This document shows positions 1 through 14,305 of a stretch of DNA of 64,000 nt, piece by piece. This DNA is from the human T2T-CHM13v2.0 reference genome, Homo sapiens. The position numbers and the translations under genes were made by a program. The notes below the pieces were generated by a model. It was not told the DNA's origin, did no database searches, and saw only the letters and a program-made list of their open reading frames with translations. The stretch lies in the NCBI RefSeq assembly GCF_009914755.1, contig NC_060927.1; one strand, given 5' to 3'. The stretch's first letter is position 1; the number at the start of each line of letters is the position of its first letter.

Positions 1-1959
1 CAGCTCTCTTCACTTTAGGGATACAGCAACCAATGGGCAGACCATCTCTTCCTGGATTGTTCTGACTCAGTCTTCATCTTGGTGATCGCACATGTTTTGC
101 TGGACAATATGTAGGCCACTTGTTTGTATTCACGTTTTCTTCTTTTTCCCTAAACCATTATTTAGATTCTACTCGATATGGCTAGATTTAAATCCTAAGG
201 AAACGTAATCATTTTTGTAATAGACTTAGGCATTTCCCAAATCTCTCATAGTTCTACGGATTTGTTTCAGTTTGGCTTTGTTGTTGTTGTTGTTTGTTTT
301 TTAATTTATTTTAACCAAGAGTTAGTTTCATCCTTTATGCTAAGGTTTTACTACTCTCACCTGAGCAGTCTGGAGTCATTTACTGATGCCCACAATATGC
401 CAAATGTTACCCTAATGCTCAAGAAACCTGATATTTTAAAAATACCTTCTCATTTCAATTTTGGACTAATTTTTACATAGGAAGCATTACTTAGGTTTTG
501 GTATCATTGTTGTTTTCAATTTTTACTAGTTATGATAATCAAAGAAACCTTTCAAAAATCAATTTTGGGAGGTTTGTAGAGTAACTGAGAAATGCAAGAA
601 ACAATGTACAGACTTGGTGGCAGCATTTCAGATAAACCTAAACTGGAGATTTACTTGCACAGAACCCCAGAGAAAACCACGGATACTACTTTCTTTAATT
701 TATGGGCAGTCATAGAATTGAATTTTTTAAAAAAAATAAAATGAATGTTGCCTCGTTATGAATAAACCTTCACAAATTAATTAAACCTTTTAATTTTCCT
801 TGCCATTAGATCATAGGAAGAAATGTCATTTCATATTTTTAATGAGTATTCATTTATTTGAGATGTGGCTTTATAACTAGTGTTAGGTATAGTAAAATTT
901 CCCTCTATTTGGACTAAACAAGGAGAGGAAGCTAGTTTGAATTTAATGAGTCTGAAATAATTTTTATTATTTTCAAATGTACTGGTAACTAAATCAGTCT
1001 AACTCCATGCCCTATAATGAGACATAGCAAAGGATTTGTAGTTAGCATATTGATTGCTTTAAAATGCCGTTAATACCTAAATAGGAGCTCAGAAGACACA
1101 TTAAAAATAGTTATGGAAACAAACAGAATTCCTGCTATTGATTTTTCAAACCTATTTTTCAATATCACACAAAATTATATTTTGTCAAAGAACCATTTCA
1201 AATTTTCATAAGTTTCAGATTTGTAAGGCATAATTAAAAGCTTTAAACTAATTTTGTAGGTGGAAAGTTTAAGTAGTTTTTTTTTTAAATAGTAGCTTTA
1301 TGTGTTTAATGATCTTTTGGATTTTTAATGCCTGCAGATTCCTAATTACGATTACAATTATGGGCTCAGTTAAAGTTGAATGCATGATTATGTGGGAGTA
1401 TTTCAGGTAATAAGTTAGATATTTTAACTCAGTAATTGCCAGTGATTAATTCTATTTTTTTCCCAGATTGTTTTTTGTTTGAATTTGAAAAGTTAGCTTA
1501 TTATTTCCTTGAACTGTAATTGCCTCTAAATTATGCACAAGGCTTTAAGTTCTGAGTTAATTATATCCTAGTGCATTCTTTTAAATCAAACTTAGAAATT
1601 TCAAGGTGCACACATCATAAGAATCCATAAAGTCCTTTAACATGTGCCTGGATAAAGAACTGCCATGCATGATTGATGACAGTAGGTTTTTTGAAGTTCT
1701 TTCAATTCTGTGGTGCCAATCATTAAAGGCATTAGAAATTCATCTCTATCGAAGAATTTATGGAGATTCAAATATTAAAATTAAGCTGTCGAGTCTCCGG
1801 TCAATACCTTTTAGTCCAACTTCTTTGAAAAACAAGAAGCTTCAGTGTGAATTATATTTTATAAATGTAGGTATAGAAAGCATCAGGAAAAAACTATTTT
1901 TTTAAAACCTGCATTTATTATATATCCAAAACCCAAAACCAAAATAGCTTCATAAAAAG

Positions 1960-3000
1960 CAGAGTAAGAAATCTTAAGGCAAAGTTGGGACATGTTATGA
2001 TGATGTTACAATTGATACCTAAAATAAGTAGGTGATTATAATGAAATGTCCTGTATTTATCTGTTTATTTATTCATTTAAAAAGTGACATGGAGTTCTTA
2101 CTTCAGAGAGTAAGTGGAGAAAACTCATTCACTTTTCATTCCTTCTGATCCTGTGTAGAAATAAACGTTGAGATTTTTAAAGTATAAACCCTAAATAACA
2201 ACATGAACCATGAGACAAAATTGGAGCATGAGAAGGGAGAGAGATAAATATGTTTCTGGAAGATTGAAAGCAGTTGGAAATATATTGACATGTTTAAAGG
2301 CAAAATAAAGCAAACCAAACTATATTTCCCAACATGCACAATGAAATTTCAGCAGAGACAAGAGTCTACCTTTGAGGGTAAAGGCAAGAGAGACTGAAAG
2401 ACTAAAAACAAGGGGCTAATTGATGCCATCTTTTGGACAGTTGCTCCCCTGCACATCGACTTTTAACTCTTCTATAAATGAAAAAAAAAAAAAAACACAC
2501 ACACAAACTGGCATCATGCTTACCAGCAGCAGCATTGTTGATAATGTTGATAAATTTAAAAAATCATCCATTTGGAAAAACACTTTTAAACACAATTTTT
2601 GAGACTTAAGTATTGATCAGGAGTGAAAGCAAAATAGATGTTTTTAGACTTGTACGAATTCGTAAATTTTACTTCTCCTTTACCCTTTCTGAGAAAGTTA
2701 TTTGAGGAGGGTACATCAGTAAAATAGAGGATAAAACTAAGAAAGAAATGTTATGAGATAAAGGCACTAGCCTTGGAATGAAGTAGTAGTGGTGTTAAAA
2801 TGAGAGCTTCAAAGCCGACCTGGCAACTGGACCTAATTGCTTAAAGGGTAAGGGATGGGGCAGACATTTGTATTCAGAAAAAGAACCTTTCCAGTGAAAG
2901 TTAATGATAAAAATAAAGCCCGCGTTAGACACATTTTGATGAAATCACAGAACACAAAAGACAAAGAAGTTCAATACCCTTACTCCTTAGCAGAAAGAAC
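1960..3000 (+). mobile_element. Very old L1-family (HAL1/L1M ORF1-like) remnant
   Basis: A-rich degenerate stretches such as ccctttctgagaaagttatttgaggagggtacatcagtaaaatagaggataaaactaagaaagaa resemble HAL1/L1M consensus; boundaries approximate. Confidence 0.4.
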
Positions 3001-3369
3001 AATCCCTTCATAAAGTCTTCTACTTATTTCTACAAGCCTATCTCTGGATATGCATATCTAGTTACATAGTTTTAACTAGTCATATTCCCTCTCATGTTTT
3101 GGTTTCCTGCAATGCTAATGCTAATTGCGTTTGTTTATGCCACGCTGTCTGTCTAAATACTTTTCTTTTATCAGTGCTTACTAGATATGTCTGGAGACTA
3201 TACTATAACTAATGACCACTTATCATTTAATAGCAAGCTCAGTTGTTGTTAGCTTGAGTTATGCATTCCAGGCTGAGTTATACACCAGCTTGAGTTATAC
3301 ACCCAGGCTGAAAATGACATCCATTTTCTGTCTCTCTATCACTCCGTCTTCTGTGGTAGTGTCCAGATC

Positions 3370-3512
3370 ATAAGATATTATAAACCTCTATCAAGGTTGA
3401 TATCAGTTCTTGCATGGGGGCAGGAATTGTGTCATGTTTAACAGTGAGGTCCCAGTGCCCAGAATAGTGCAGACATATAGTCAGGGCACAACAGAAGCTT
3501 ATTAAATTGGAG
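3370..3512 (+). mobile_element. L2 3' end fragment
   Basis: ggcaggaattgtgtc...cccagtgcccagaatagtgcagacatatagtcagggcacaac matches the L2 3' terminus pattern. Confidence 0.55.
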
Positions 3513-4549
3513 TAACCCATTTAACACAAAATAGTCAGAAGTAAATTCATTTTTTTCCCTGAACGCTTGTCTCAACCGCCTAGGGCATGCTCCAAACTCC
3601 ACGACATTGGGTCCTTGCTAGTGGTCTTTGCTAATGACAAATGCTTATTTAATGTACCTGCTCTATCTTTCCCTCAGAGGGAGACTGAAGCACATTCTTT
3701 TAAGTTAGTTAACTATTTTATTGCAACTAAATCTTTGTGTAGGAATACGGTCACATGCCAATACATAACTTCTCAACAGGAGGGAAATGAAAGAATATAT
3801 CTCTTTGTCTTTACACTACAAAATTGTGGAGTTCTCTTTTTTTTCTGTCATGTCCTAGCAACATCTACTGACAAACATTTAAAAAAAACATATAAAAAAG
3901 GATGTAACCTTATAAAAGTAAAAATAGAAAAAGTGCAAAAAAGAATTATAAAATATATTTAAAAGTTATTAATATTTGATGACATGTACCTAATGTTTAT
4001 TAGAGAAACAATTACAACAGCACCCTTGTAATTTCCTGGCTATCACCCTCAGTTACTGGGCCTGATTGGTTGTGCTTCCTACTCCATTCCTAACCACGGT
4101 GTGAAGGTCCGATAAGTAAGCTTGTGCAATTCTCTTTGTCCCAGTGAATAAGCTTTTTGTTAGACACTCACCCATAATAACATATGAGCATGATAATGAT
4201 CAGTCATATTTGATCACTGCGGTTCATTAAGTCTTAGCAAGTCATTAACATAGGGAATCTGCTTCTTAAAATAATTCTTATTATTTGATCAAGCACTCTG
4301 GAGAAGCACACAGAATTAAAGCTATTAAATAAATAACTGTTCTGACTGATGGAAAAAGTTTCCCAAAACAGGACCAAGAGGGATTTTCCTCACACTCACC
4401 TTTGGCCCTGCTATCAAGAGTAGCTTTGACCATTGCCTGTTCTTACCCAACGATAAAAATTCCTTAAAGTGATACAGATCTTGACAGTTTACAGATTGCT
4501 CTAATATACATTTTCTTGGGTAATTCACCCAACACCTCTTTGATGGAGG

Positions 4550-4700
4550 TCGTTTTCATCATTCTCCTTTTGTACAGGGACAGGCTAAGGTCTCCAGAAG
4601 GTAGCTTGGCCCACTTGACTCGAAAGCTTTAGTGTTGAGGTGCAAACTAAGACAGGTGATTCCAGAAAGAGGGCACTTTTCCATGAATCAACACTGAAAC
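4550..4700 (-). mobile_element. MIR fragment
   Basis: cattctccttttgtacagggacaggctaaggtctccagaaggtagcttggccca resembles the antisense MIR core. Confidence 0.45.
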
Positions 4701-4875
4701 CAAGCAACTCATGCTGTGGCAGTGGTGGTCAAACTCCAAAGGGCTGTTTACATTTTAGATACTGTAGTATGATATACTATAAACTACTGGTGAAAGGGTA
4801 AAATCATGACCTCTAAAATTTCTTGCTCCTGTGATACATCTTGGAATGTTCAGCCTGTCATTGGATAAGAGTTGA

Positions 4876-5550
<675 letters not shown>

Positions 5551-7349
5551 ATTAATTTACTCTTAATCGGACCTCTGTGACCAGGGTGCAAGTCTTATAT
5601 TTACTCTGTGCCATAAGAGAAAAAGTAGATTTACTTAGAGTTTCTGGTATTACCTTAAAAATTGTATTTCTACCAAGGGCAATATTCTCTGTGCACTAAT
5701 TCTATCTCACATTTATGTTATTGGCAATTGCATGCAACTTCTGATGGAAACATTTATTTCTAGGATTAGTTTGACCAAATTATAAATGCCTCTAATAGAA
5801 CAGCTTATACTAATAGATAAATCCCCCTTTCACTTCAAAACCTACTGCTACATGATTTTTAAAGAGCATTTATCAGAAACCCCTAGACAATCCTCCAACT
5901 TCAATTGAACCAATTAATTTTATGCAATGAAAAATCTGAAGGAAGTCTCTTGACTGCCTCTCTGACACTTTATATCCTGTGATATTTCATTTTTAGCAAT
6001 AAGTGATTGAGAGCAACAGACATGACTTTTTAAAAAAATGGTATGTGGGACTCCAACCTACATTTTTTTTTTTATTTGTTAGCAGTATTCTTCTGCCTAA
6101 CACCCACTCACACTTTGAAATCTTACCTCATTGTGTCATAACAATGATGTGTCATTCTTCATTTGGAAAATCTGAAAAAGAAATCAGGTTATCTGAAGAA
6201 AGAATTAAAAATATCCATTACATAGTAGACTCTTTGGAGGTTTTTATGAACACAGCTTAGCCACAAGTATCTTATTTGATTGGGTGAGTGGGCTTTAAAA
6301 CCTAAAAGTAGAATGTGAAATTTTTTTACATTGTGATGTTGACCCACAAAGTACATGAAACCATTTATCTTTTTCAAGAAATATGTATTTTTAAGATTAT
6401 AAAAATGTACTTCTCCGAGTACCAAGAAACATTATGTTTCTGGTTCTGATGGGTGTCAGATAATAGAAAGGGTATCTGTCTCTCTCAGATCTTTGCCTTA
6501 TAAAGGATGGAGTGCTTGTTATTATTATGTGCTGTTACTGAGCAACTTTTCTATTTTGGTTTCAGTTCTTCAGAACTTATTTTATAAAAGCAATGAAACA
6601 TTTTTATTTTATAAAAGCAATGAAACAATGAAACATAAAAGCAATGAAAAATAAGGTTTGAGGGGCAGAAGGATGCTATCTTAATATTTAGCTATGTGAA
6701 AGCTGACAATACTCACCTACTATCATCTGTATGTATTCCCATACTTACTTCTTTCCTTCTATAAAGACAGTAAAAGTGCCTGTTTACCAACATTAGACTA
6801 GTTCTGCCACTGTGGGTATGAATCACATTTCTTTCCACTAAAATTAACCCTATCACAGTCTCTCACCCATCTTTAATCATTTCTTCTTACCAATATTTTC
6901 CACAACTGCCTTTAACAAATTCTAATTTCTCAATTAAAGCCAAAAAGAGCAACTAATTCCTTTTCCAATTCTAGTTCACCTAACTTTCTCCTTTATTTTG
7001 CAGCTAAGTTTTTTGAAAGAGTACATTATATGCTCTTTCCAATGCTTCATATATCATTTACTGTTTTAAAATTTTGTCTTTTGTGTGCTGTAATTTCATC
7101 AAAGTGTGTTTAGCTAGGGCCTTGATTTTATATATTCTGTTTTTATGATGTATCGTAGAGCTTGTATTTTTCACATATATGGATATAAGTTATTTAATCA
7201 TCAGTTCTGGAATATTCTCAGCCAAAATCTAGTTGAATATTATCTTGCATCCATCTCTTTATTCTCTCTTTCCATAACTCCTATTAGATACATTTTGGAC
7301 TTCTGATTCTGTTCTCCATCTCTCTCTATGACATTCTGGGTGATTTCCT

Positions 7350-7580
7350 CAGATCCTCAAATCTGACTTAGGGTCTGTGCTTAAATTCACCTTCACAGAA
7401 AAGCTTCCCCAATAACCATATCCAAATAGCACCTGCTCCTTCAGCATTCTTTATAGTGTCTTCCTAATTTACTTTTTCTTAGCATTTTTCACTATTATTG
7501 TTTTATTAAATATTAAGTTTGTAATTGTCTTTCTCCCTTATTAAGAATAAGCTCTGTGTGAATAGACACTGTAATTTCTA
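7350..7580 (+). mobile_element. L2 fragment
   Basis: tgcttaaattcaccttcacagaaaagcttcccc...gaataagctctgtg resembles the L2a 3' region. Confidence 0.5.
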
Positions 7581-8005
7581 AAAGTTTATTTATTTATTTG
7601 TTTATTTATTTTCAAATCTGCTTGCCTTTTAACCATCTTATCATGTTGGTTTATGGTTAGATTTAATTTTAAGTCTCTTTAATAATTTTAAATAAAAATT
7701 TAATAGTTTGAAGTTGTCAAGTTTTGATATCAGACTAATATTGACCTCATAAAATGAGTATCAAAATGTTTCCTCTTCCTCTATACTCTGAAAAAGTTGT
7801 TAAGTTTTGGAATAAATATTTGGTAAGATTTACCAATGAAGCCATCTGAGCCCAGTAGTTTACTTATTGGAAGAGTTTAACTCTGAATTCAAGGTCTTTA
7901 AGAGATATAGAACTATTCAGTTTATCAATTTCTTCTTGAGAATGTTTTGTAATTTTTGTCTTTCAAGGAATTTGCTAGTTTATCTAAGTTATCAAATTTA
8001 CTGGT

Positions 8006-8507
8006 TGTGATGGTAAATATTGAGTCAACTTGATCAGATTAAAGGATGCAAAGTATTGTTTCTGGGTGTGTCTGTGAAGGTGTTGGCAAAAGAGATTAGC
8101 AGTTGAGTCAGTGGACTGGAAGAGGCAGACCCGACCTCAATCTGGGTGGGCACCATCTAATCAGCTGCCAGCATGGCTAGAATAAAAGCAGGCAGAGGAA
8201 CATGGAAGAACTAGACTGGCTTAGTCTCCTGTCCTACATCTTCCTCCCATGCTGGATGCTTCCTGCCCTCGAACATCAGACTCCAAGTTCTACTCTTGAA
8301 CCTTGGACCCCCAACTGAGAGCTGCACTGTCAGCTTCCCTACTTTTGAGGTTTTGGGACTCAGATTGGCTTCCTTACTCCTCAGCTTGCAGATGGCCTAT
8401 TGTGGGACTTTACCTTGTGATTGTGTGAGTCAATAATCCTTAATAAACCCCCCTTTATATACATCTATCCTATTAGTTCTGTCCCTCTAGAGAACCTGAC
8501 TAATACA
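8006..8507 (+). mobile_element. MLT2A (ERVL) solo LTR
   Basis: TG...CA termini (tgtgatggtaaatattgagtcaac ... gagaacctgactaataca), AATAAA near the 3' end, and a perfect 5-bp TSD CTGGT at 8001-8005 and 8508-8512. Confidence 0.92.
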
Positions 8508-10899
8508 CTGGTAGAAGGTTATTCATAATATTCTGTTATTATCCTTTCAGTTTCTGTAGAATATATAGTGAAGTCCTCTCTTTATTTCCTATATTGATTT
8601 TATTTTTCTTCTCTCATTCTTTTTCCCACTTTTTTGATAAGTTTGGCTATGTTTTTAAGTGTTATTGATCTTTTCAAGAAATCAGTATGGTTTTATTGAT
8701 TGTTTTTGTGTGCTCAATTCTATTTATTTCTGCTCTTGTTTGTATAATTAGAAAAAATTGTAAAATTTCTTTTGTTTGTGTTAGATTTAATTTGCCCCTC
8801 TTTTTATAGTTTGAAGAGTTTGATTCAAAATCTCTGTTATTTTCTAATGTTTGCATTTAATAATATAAATTTTCATCTAAGCATTGCTTTAGCGGAATCT
8901 AACACATTTTTGTAAGTTAGATTTTCATTTTTATTTAAATTAAAATCTTTTCTAATTTCCTTTGTGGTTTTCTCTTTGGCTTCCATGACATTATGTTGGT
9001 TAAGTCCCAATATTTGAACATTTTCCATATATCTTTCTATTACTGGTTGTTAGGTTAAAGCTGCTGTGGCCTGAGAACATACTGTGTTTGATTTCAATTC
9101 ATTTAAATATCTTGAAGTTTATTTTTGACACAAAAAATGGCCTATCTTTCTCAATATTGCATGTGCACTGAAAAAATTATGTACACTACTTTTGCATGGA
9201 AATATTCTATAAATTAGATCAAATTAGTTGATAGTATAGTTCAGGTCTTTTATAACCTCACTGATTTTTTAAAAATCAACTTGTTCTATTGATTTCTGAG
9301 AAGGAAGTACTGAAGTCTCCAAGTATAATTGATTTGTCTGTTTATCCTTCAGTTCTACTGGTTTTGTTTTAGGAATTTATATTCTCTGTTTCCGGGTATA
9401 TCTGCATGTAAGATTGTCATATCTTCTGGATGGATTGTTGATTAATTCTTTATTGATATGTATGTCCCTCTTTGTCTCTTGTAATCTTTCTAGATTTGAA
9501 GTCTACTTTTTTGGTATTAATATAGCCACTCTAGTATTATTTTGATTGATATTTTTATGAAATTACTTTTAAACCTTCACTTTTAACCTATATATGCATT
9601 CATATTAAAGATAACTTCTGTAGAGCATATAGTTGGGTAAACCTTTGTATTCAGTCTGATGATATCTGCTTTTTAAATGTGATTTTTGGAATGTTTTATT
9701 TGACATAATTATGTATGCAGTTGGATTCAAATCTACCATTTTGATAATTGTTTTCTGCTGGTCTCATCCGTTCTTTGTTTTTCCTTTCTTTGCCTTCTTT
9801 TGGATTATTTTAATTCCATCTTACCTTCATTTATAAGAAGGCTTAATAGTTATGTGTATTTTTCACGATTGCTCTAGGGTTTATATTATACATTTTATCT
9901 TATCATTCTCTACATTCAAATAATATCACATTATTTAATGTAGGAACTTTACCATAATCAAATTCTAGTTCTTCTCTTTGATCCTATGAATTATTGTTGG
10001 CATATTTTGCTTCAACACATGGTACAATATATTGTTTCACTTTTTGCCTTAAGCAATCAACTATCCTCTAAAGTGAATTTTGAAAGAAAATATCTTATAT
10101 TTGTGTTCATTTTTACTATTTTTAATGATTCTCTTTACTTTGTGTAAATCTAGGTTTTTATTTAGTACCAAAATTTCTGCCTGAAGAACTTCCTTTAACG
10201 TTTCTTCTAGCACAGGTTTGCTGGCAAAGATTCCTCTCTGTGTTTGTTGGTATGTAAGAAGAATCCTTGTTTTGTCTTCATTTTGGAATGTAAGAAGAAT
10301 CCTTGTCTTCATTTTGAAAGGTAGTTTTATTGGGTATACAGTTCTGGGTTGACAATTTTTTCTTAAAACCCTTTAAAGATGTCACTCTTCTGTCTTGTCT
10401 TCTGCTTTGCTGCATTCCTATCTTTGTTTCTTTGCATGTAATGCTTTTCTTTCCTCTGTTTGCCTTCAAGATATTTTTCTTTAATTTTAAGCATTTTTGA
10501 TGTAATATCTAGGTGTGTGTGTCCTCTGAGCTTCTTAGATCTATGATTTGCTTTGTTCGTTTAATTTGAAGAGTTCTCAATCTTTACCTCTTTAAATATG
10601 TCTTCTACCTCATTCTGTCTCTCTTCTATTGGGACCCCAATCACACATACCTTAGGCCAATTGATACTATCCCACAGCTTTTGGGTGCTCTGTTCTTGTT
10701 TTTCTTCTCTTTGTTTTCTTTCTTTTCTGTTTCATTTTGGGCAATTTTTATTTACCTATGTTCTAACTAACTTGATTGGTTTTTCAGTAGTATATGGTCT
10801 GCTGATAAGCTCAGTAAAGGAAATCTTCATCTTTGATAGCATTTTCTCTTTCTACTAGCATGTGTATTTGACTTAAAAAAAATACTAGGTCTCACTCTG

Positions 10900-11699
<800 letters not shown>

Positions 11700-11706
11700 T
11701 GACTAG

Positions 11707-12155
<449 letters not shown>

Positions 12156-13003
12156 TTGATTTTTTAAAGGTAGTTTCTATCTGTTGTAATTACTATTTGT
12201 TCCTATATATAATCCGTCTTTCCTACTAGATACCTTAACATATTAATAATGGCTATTTTATTCATCTGATTGCTTTAAAATCTAGGTCATTTCTTTGGTT
12301 TTGTGGATTGCTTTTACCATTAACAATTGATAGCTCTTTTTGGGTTTCATTTGTGTGCCTTGTAGTTTCAATTGAGTGATTCCATTGTGTGAAAAGGAAT
12401 TACTGGGTCTGAGATTAATAGTATTTATGTCTGGAAAAGGACTTGCATCTTCTTTGGTGAAGTTCTTAGCATGGTGAGTGGATTTAATATAGTTAGTTGT
12501 TGATCTGGGCTTGGATTATTTTCCTTGATAATGCTGTTCTAATGTAGCACTGGCTTTAAATCTTACAGCATTTGTCTTCCATTAGCTTGTGCTTAGTGTG
12601 GTGCCTGGGGACCTGGAGGATCTTTCTCAGTGCTGGAGTTGTACTCTCTGGTTTTGGTAGAACCACCCTGCATAGCTGTGCCACACAGGGAGTTTCTCTC
12701 CTAGCTCGTGACCAGCAGTACACTGTTGTTGCATGTTAGTTTTGCTAGGTTTGTAATGGAATGATGGCATTTTTGTTTTGTTTTATTTTCCTGGTCAGTC
12801 TTAGGCAAGATTTGTGTGCCTGGGCCTCAGGGGTGGGGCTTTCTCTACATCCTGTTCTTCTTTTTCACCCCAGCCAAACACTGCTTTATATTTTTTTGTG
12901 GTCTTAGGTAGGAGTTTCCTGTTCTTCCTCCAGTTATGACAGATCTCTTTGTGTTATGAGTGTAGGATGCTAGGTTCAAGACAATTTCTTGCCTTTCCCC
13001 CAA

Positions 13004-13353
13004 TGTCTTAGTCCATTTGGGGAGCTATAACAGAATGCTATTGACTGGGTGACTTATAAACAACAAATTTATTTCTTACAGTTCTAGAGGCTGGAAAGTA
13101 CAAGATCAAGGTGAAATCAGACTCTGTGTCTGGTGAGGGTCCTCTTCCTGGTTCCTAGAAGGTCATCTCCTTTCTGCATCCCCACATTGCAGGAGGGTTG
13201 AGTGATCTCTCTGGGGTCTCATTATGAGGACACTAATTCCATTTCTGAGTGCTTTACTCTCATGATCTAATTACCTCCCAAAGGCACCAGCACACTGAGG
13301 ATTAAGTTTCAACATATGAATTTTGAGGAGATACAAACATTCAGTGTATGGCA
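13004..13353 (-). mobile_element. MaLR solo LTR (MLT1A/MSTD-like)
   Basis: tgtcttagtccattt...gctataacagaat...ggctggaaagtacaagatcaagg...acattcagtgtatggca. TSD CCCAA/CTCAA. Confidence 0.85.
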
Positions 13354-13944
13354 CTCAAGTAGAAGGACTTTTGCTTTTACTTCCATCTCAGCAAGAATGG
13401 AGGCTGTGTCCTAAGGATGAGAAGCTTTTCTACTCCTTTCCCAATAAAATGTTGGTTTTATTCTACTCCTATACCAGAAGCAATGCATCTTTACCCATTT
13501 GCTGAGAGTGAGAGCGTTCATTGCCCTTCTCTAGAATATTAAGGCTTTTGTTTTGTAGGAAAGAACAGTTCAGGGAAGTAGGCACAGCTCTGGCCTGGTC
13601 ATTAGTAACTGCCAATCATCTCCTTTATGCCTGTGCCACACTGAGTGGCACTCTTCCCTGTAACCTGCTCATCCTCCAGTCTTTCTTGTAAGCATCTGAT
13701 AGAAGTCTGTGGAATAGAAAATGTGAGTGTTGGCTTCCCTACATCTGGTTCTACCAGCTCTTCTAAACTTACATGCTTGACCACACTTAGTATTGAAGAA
13801 TTTATTAAGCTTTTGCTAAGTTGTTTTTATCCATTTTATGTTGTATACTCTGATGTAGGTGAATAAGTTTGTGTATCTGTTTTTTTTTTTTTTTTTTTTT
13901 GAGGCTTGCCCTTCTTTGGAATTGCATTTATTTGATTGTCTTAT

Positions 13945-14305
13945 ATCATGAATTGAGTGTTGGTATCTCCCAAAATTTCATATGTTGAAATCCTAACCCT
14001 CAACATGATGGTATCAGAGGTAAGTCCTTTGGGAGGCGATTAGGTAATGAGGGTGGAGTCCTCATGAGAAGGGTTAGTGCCCTTACATGAAGAGACATGA
14101 CACCTTGCTCTTTCTCTACTCTCCACCAAATGAGGATACAATGAAATGAAGGCCATATACAAACCAGGGAAAGTATTCTCACTGTAGACTGGATCTGCCA
14201 GCACCTTGGTCTTGGACATCTCTGCCTCCCAACCTGTGAACAATAAATGCTTGTTTTTTAAGCCATCCAATCTATGGTATTCTGTTATAACAGTCCTAAT
14301 GTACT
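13945..14305 (+). mobile_element. MaLR solo LTR (MLT1A0-like)
   Basis: aaatttcatatgttgaaatcctaaccc...ggatctgccagcaccttggtcttggacatc...aataaatgcttgtttttaagccatccaatctatggtattctgttataacag. Confidence 0.85.

Noticed and set aside
3567-3962. 131-aa ORF, and similar ones at 14040-14555 and 15473-15835
   Set aside because: Non-ATG or weak starts, no recognisable domain, and overlap with LTR or low-complexity sequence; consistent with chance.
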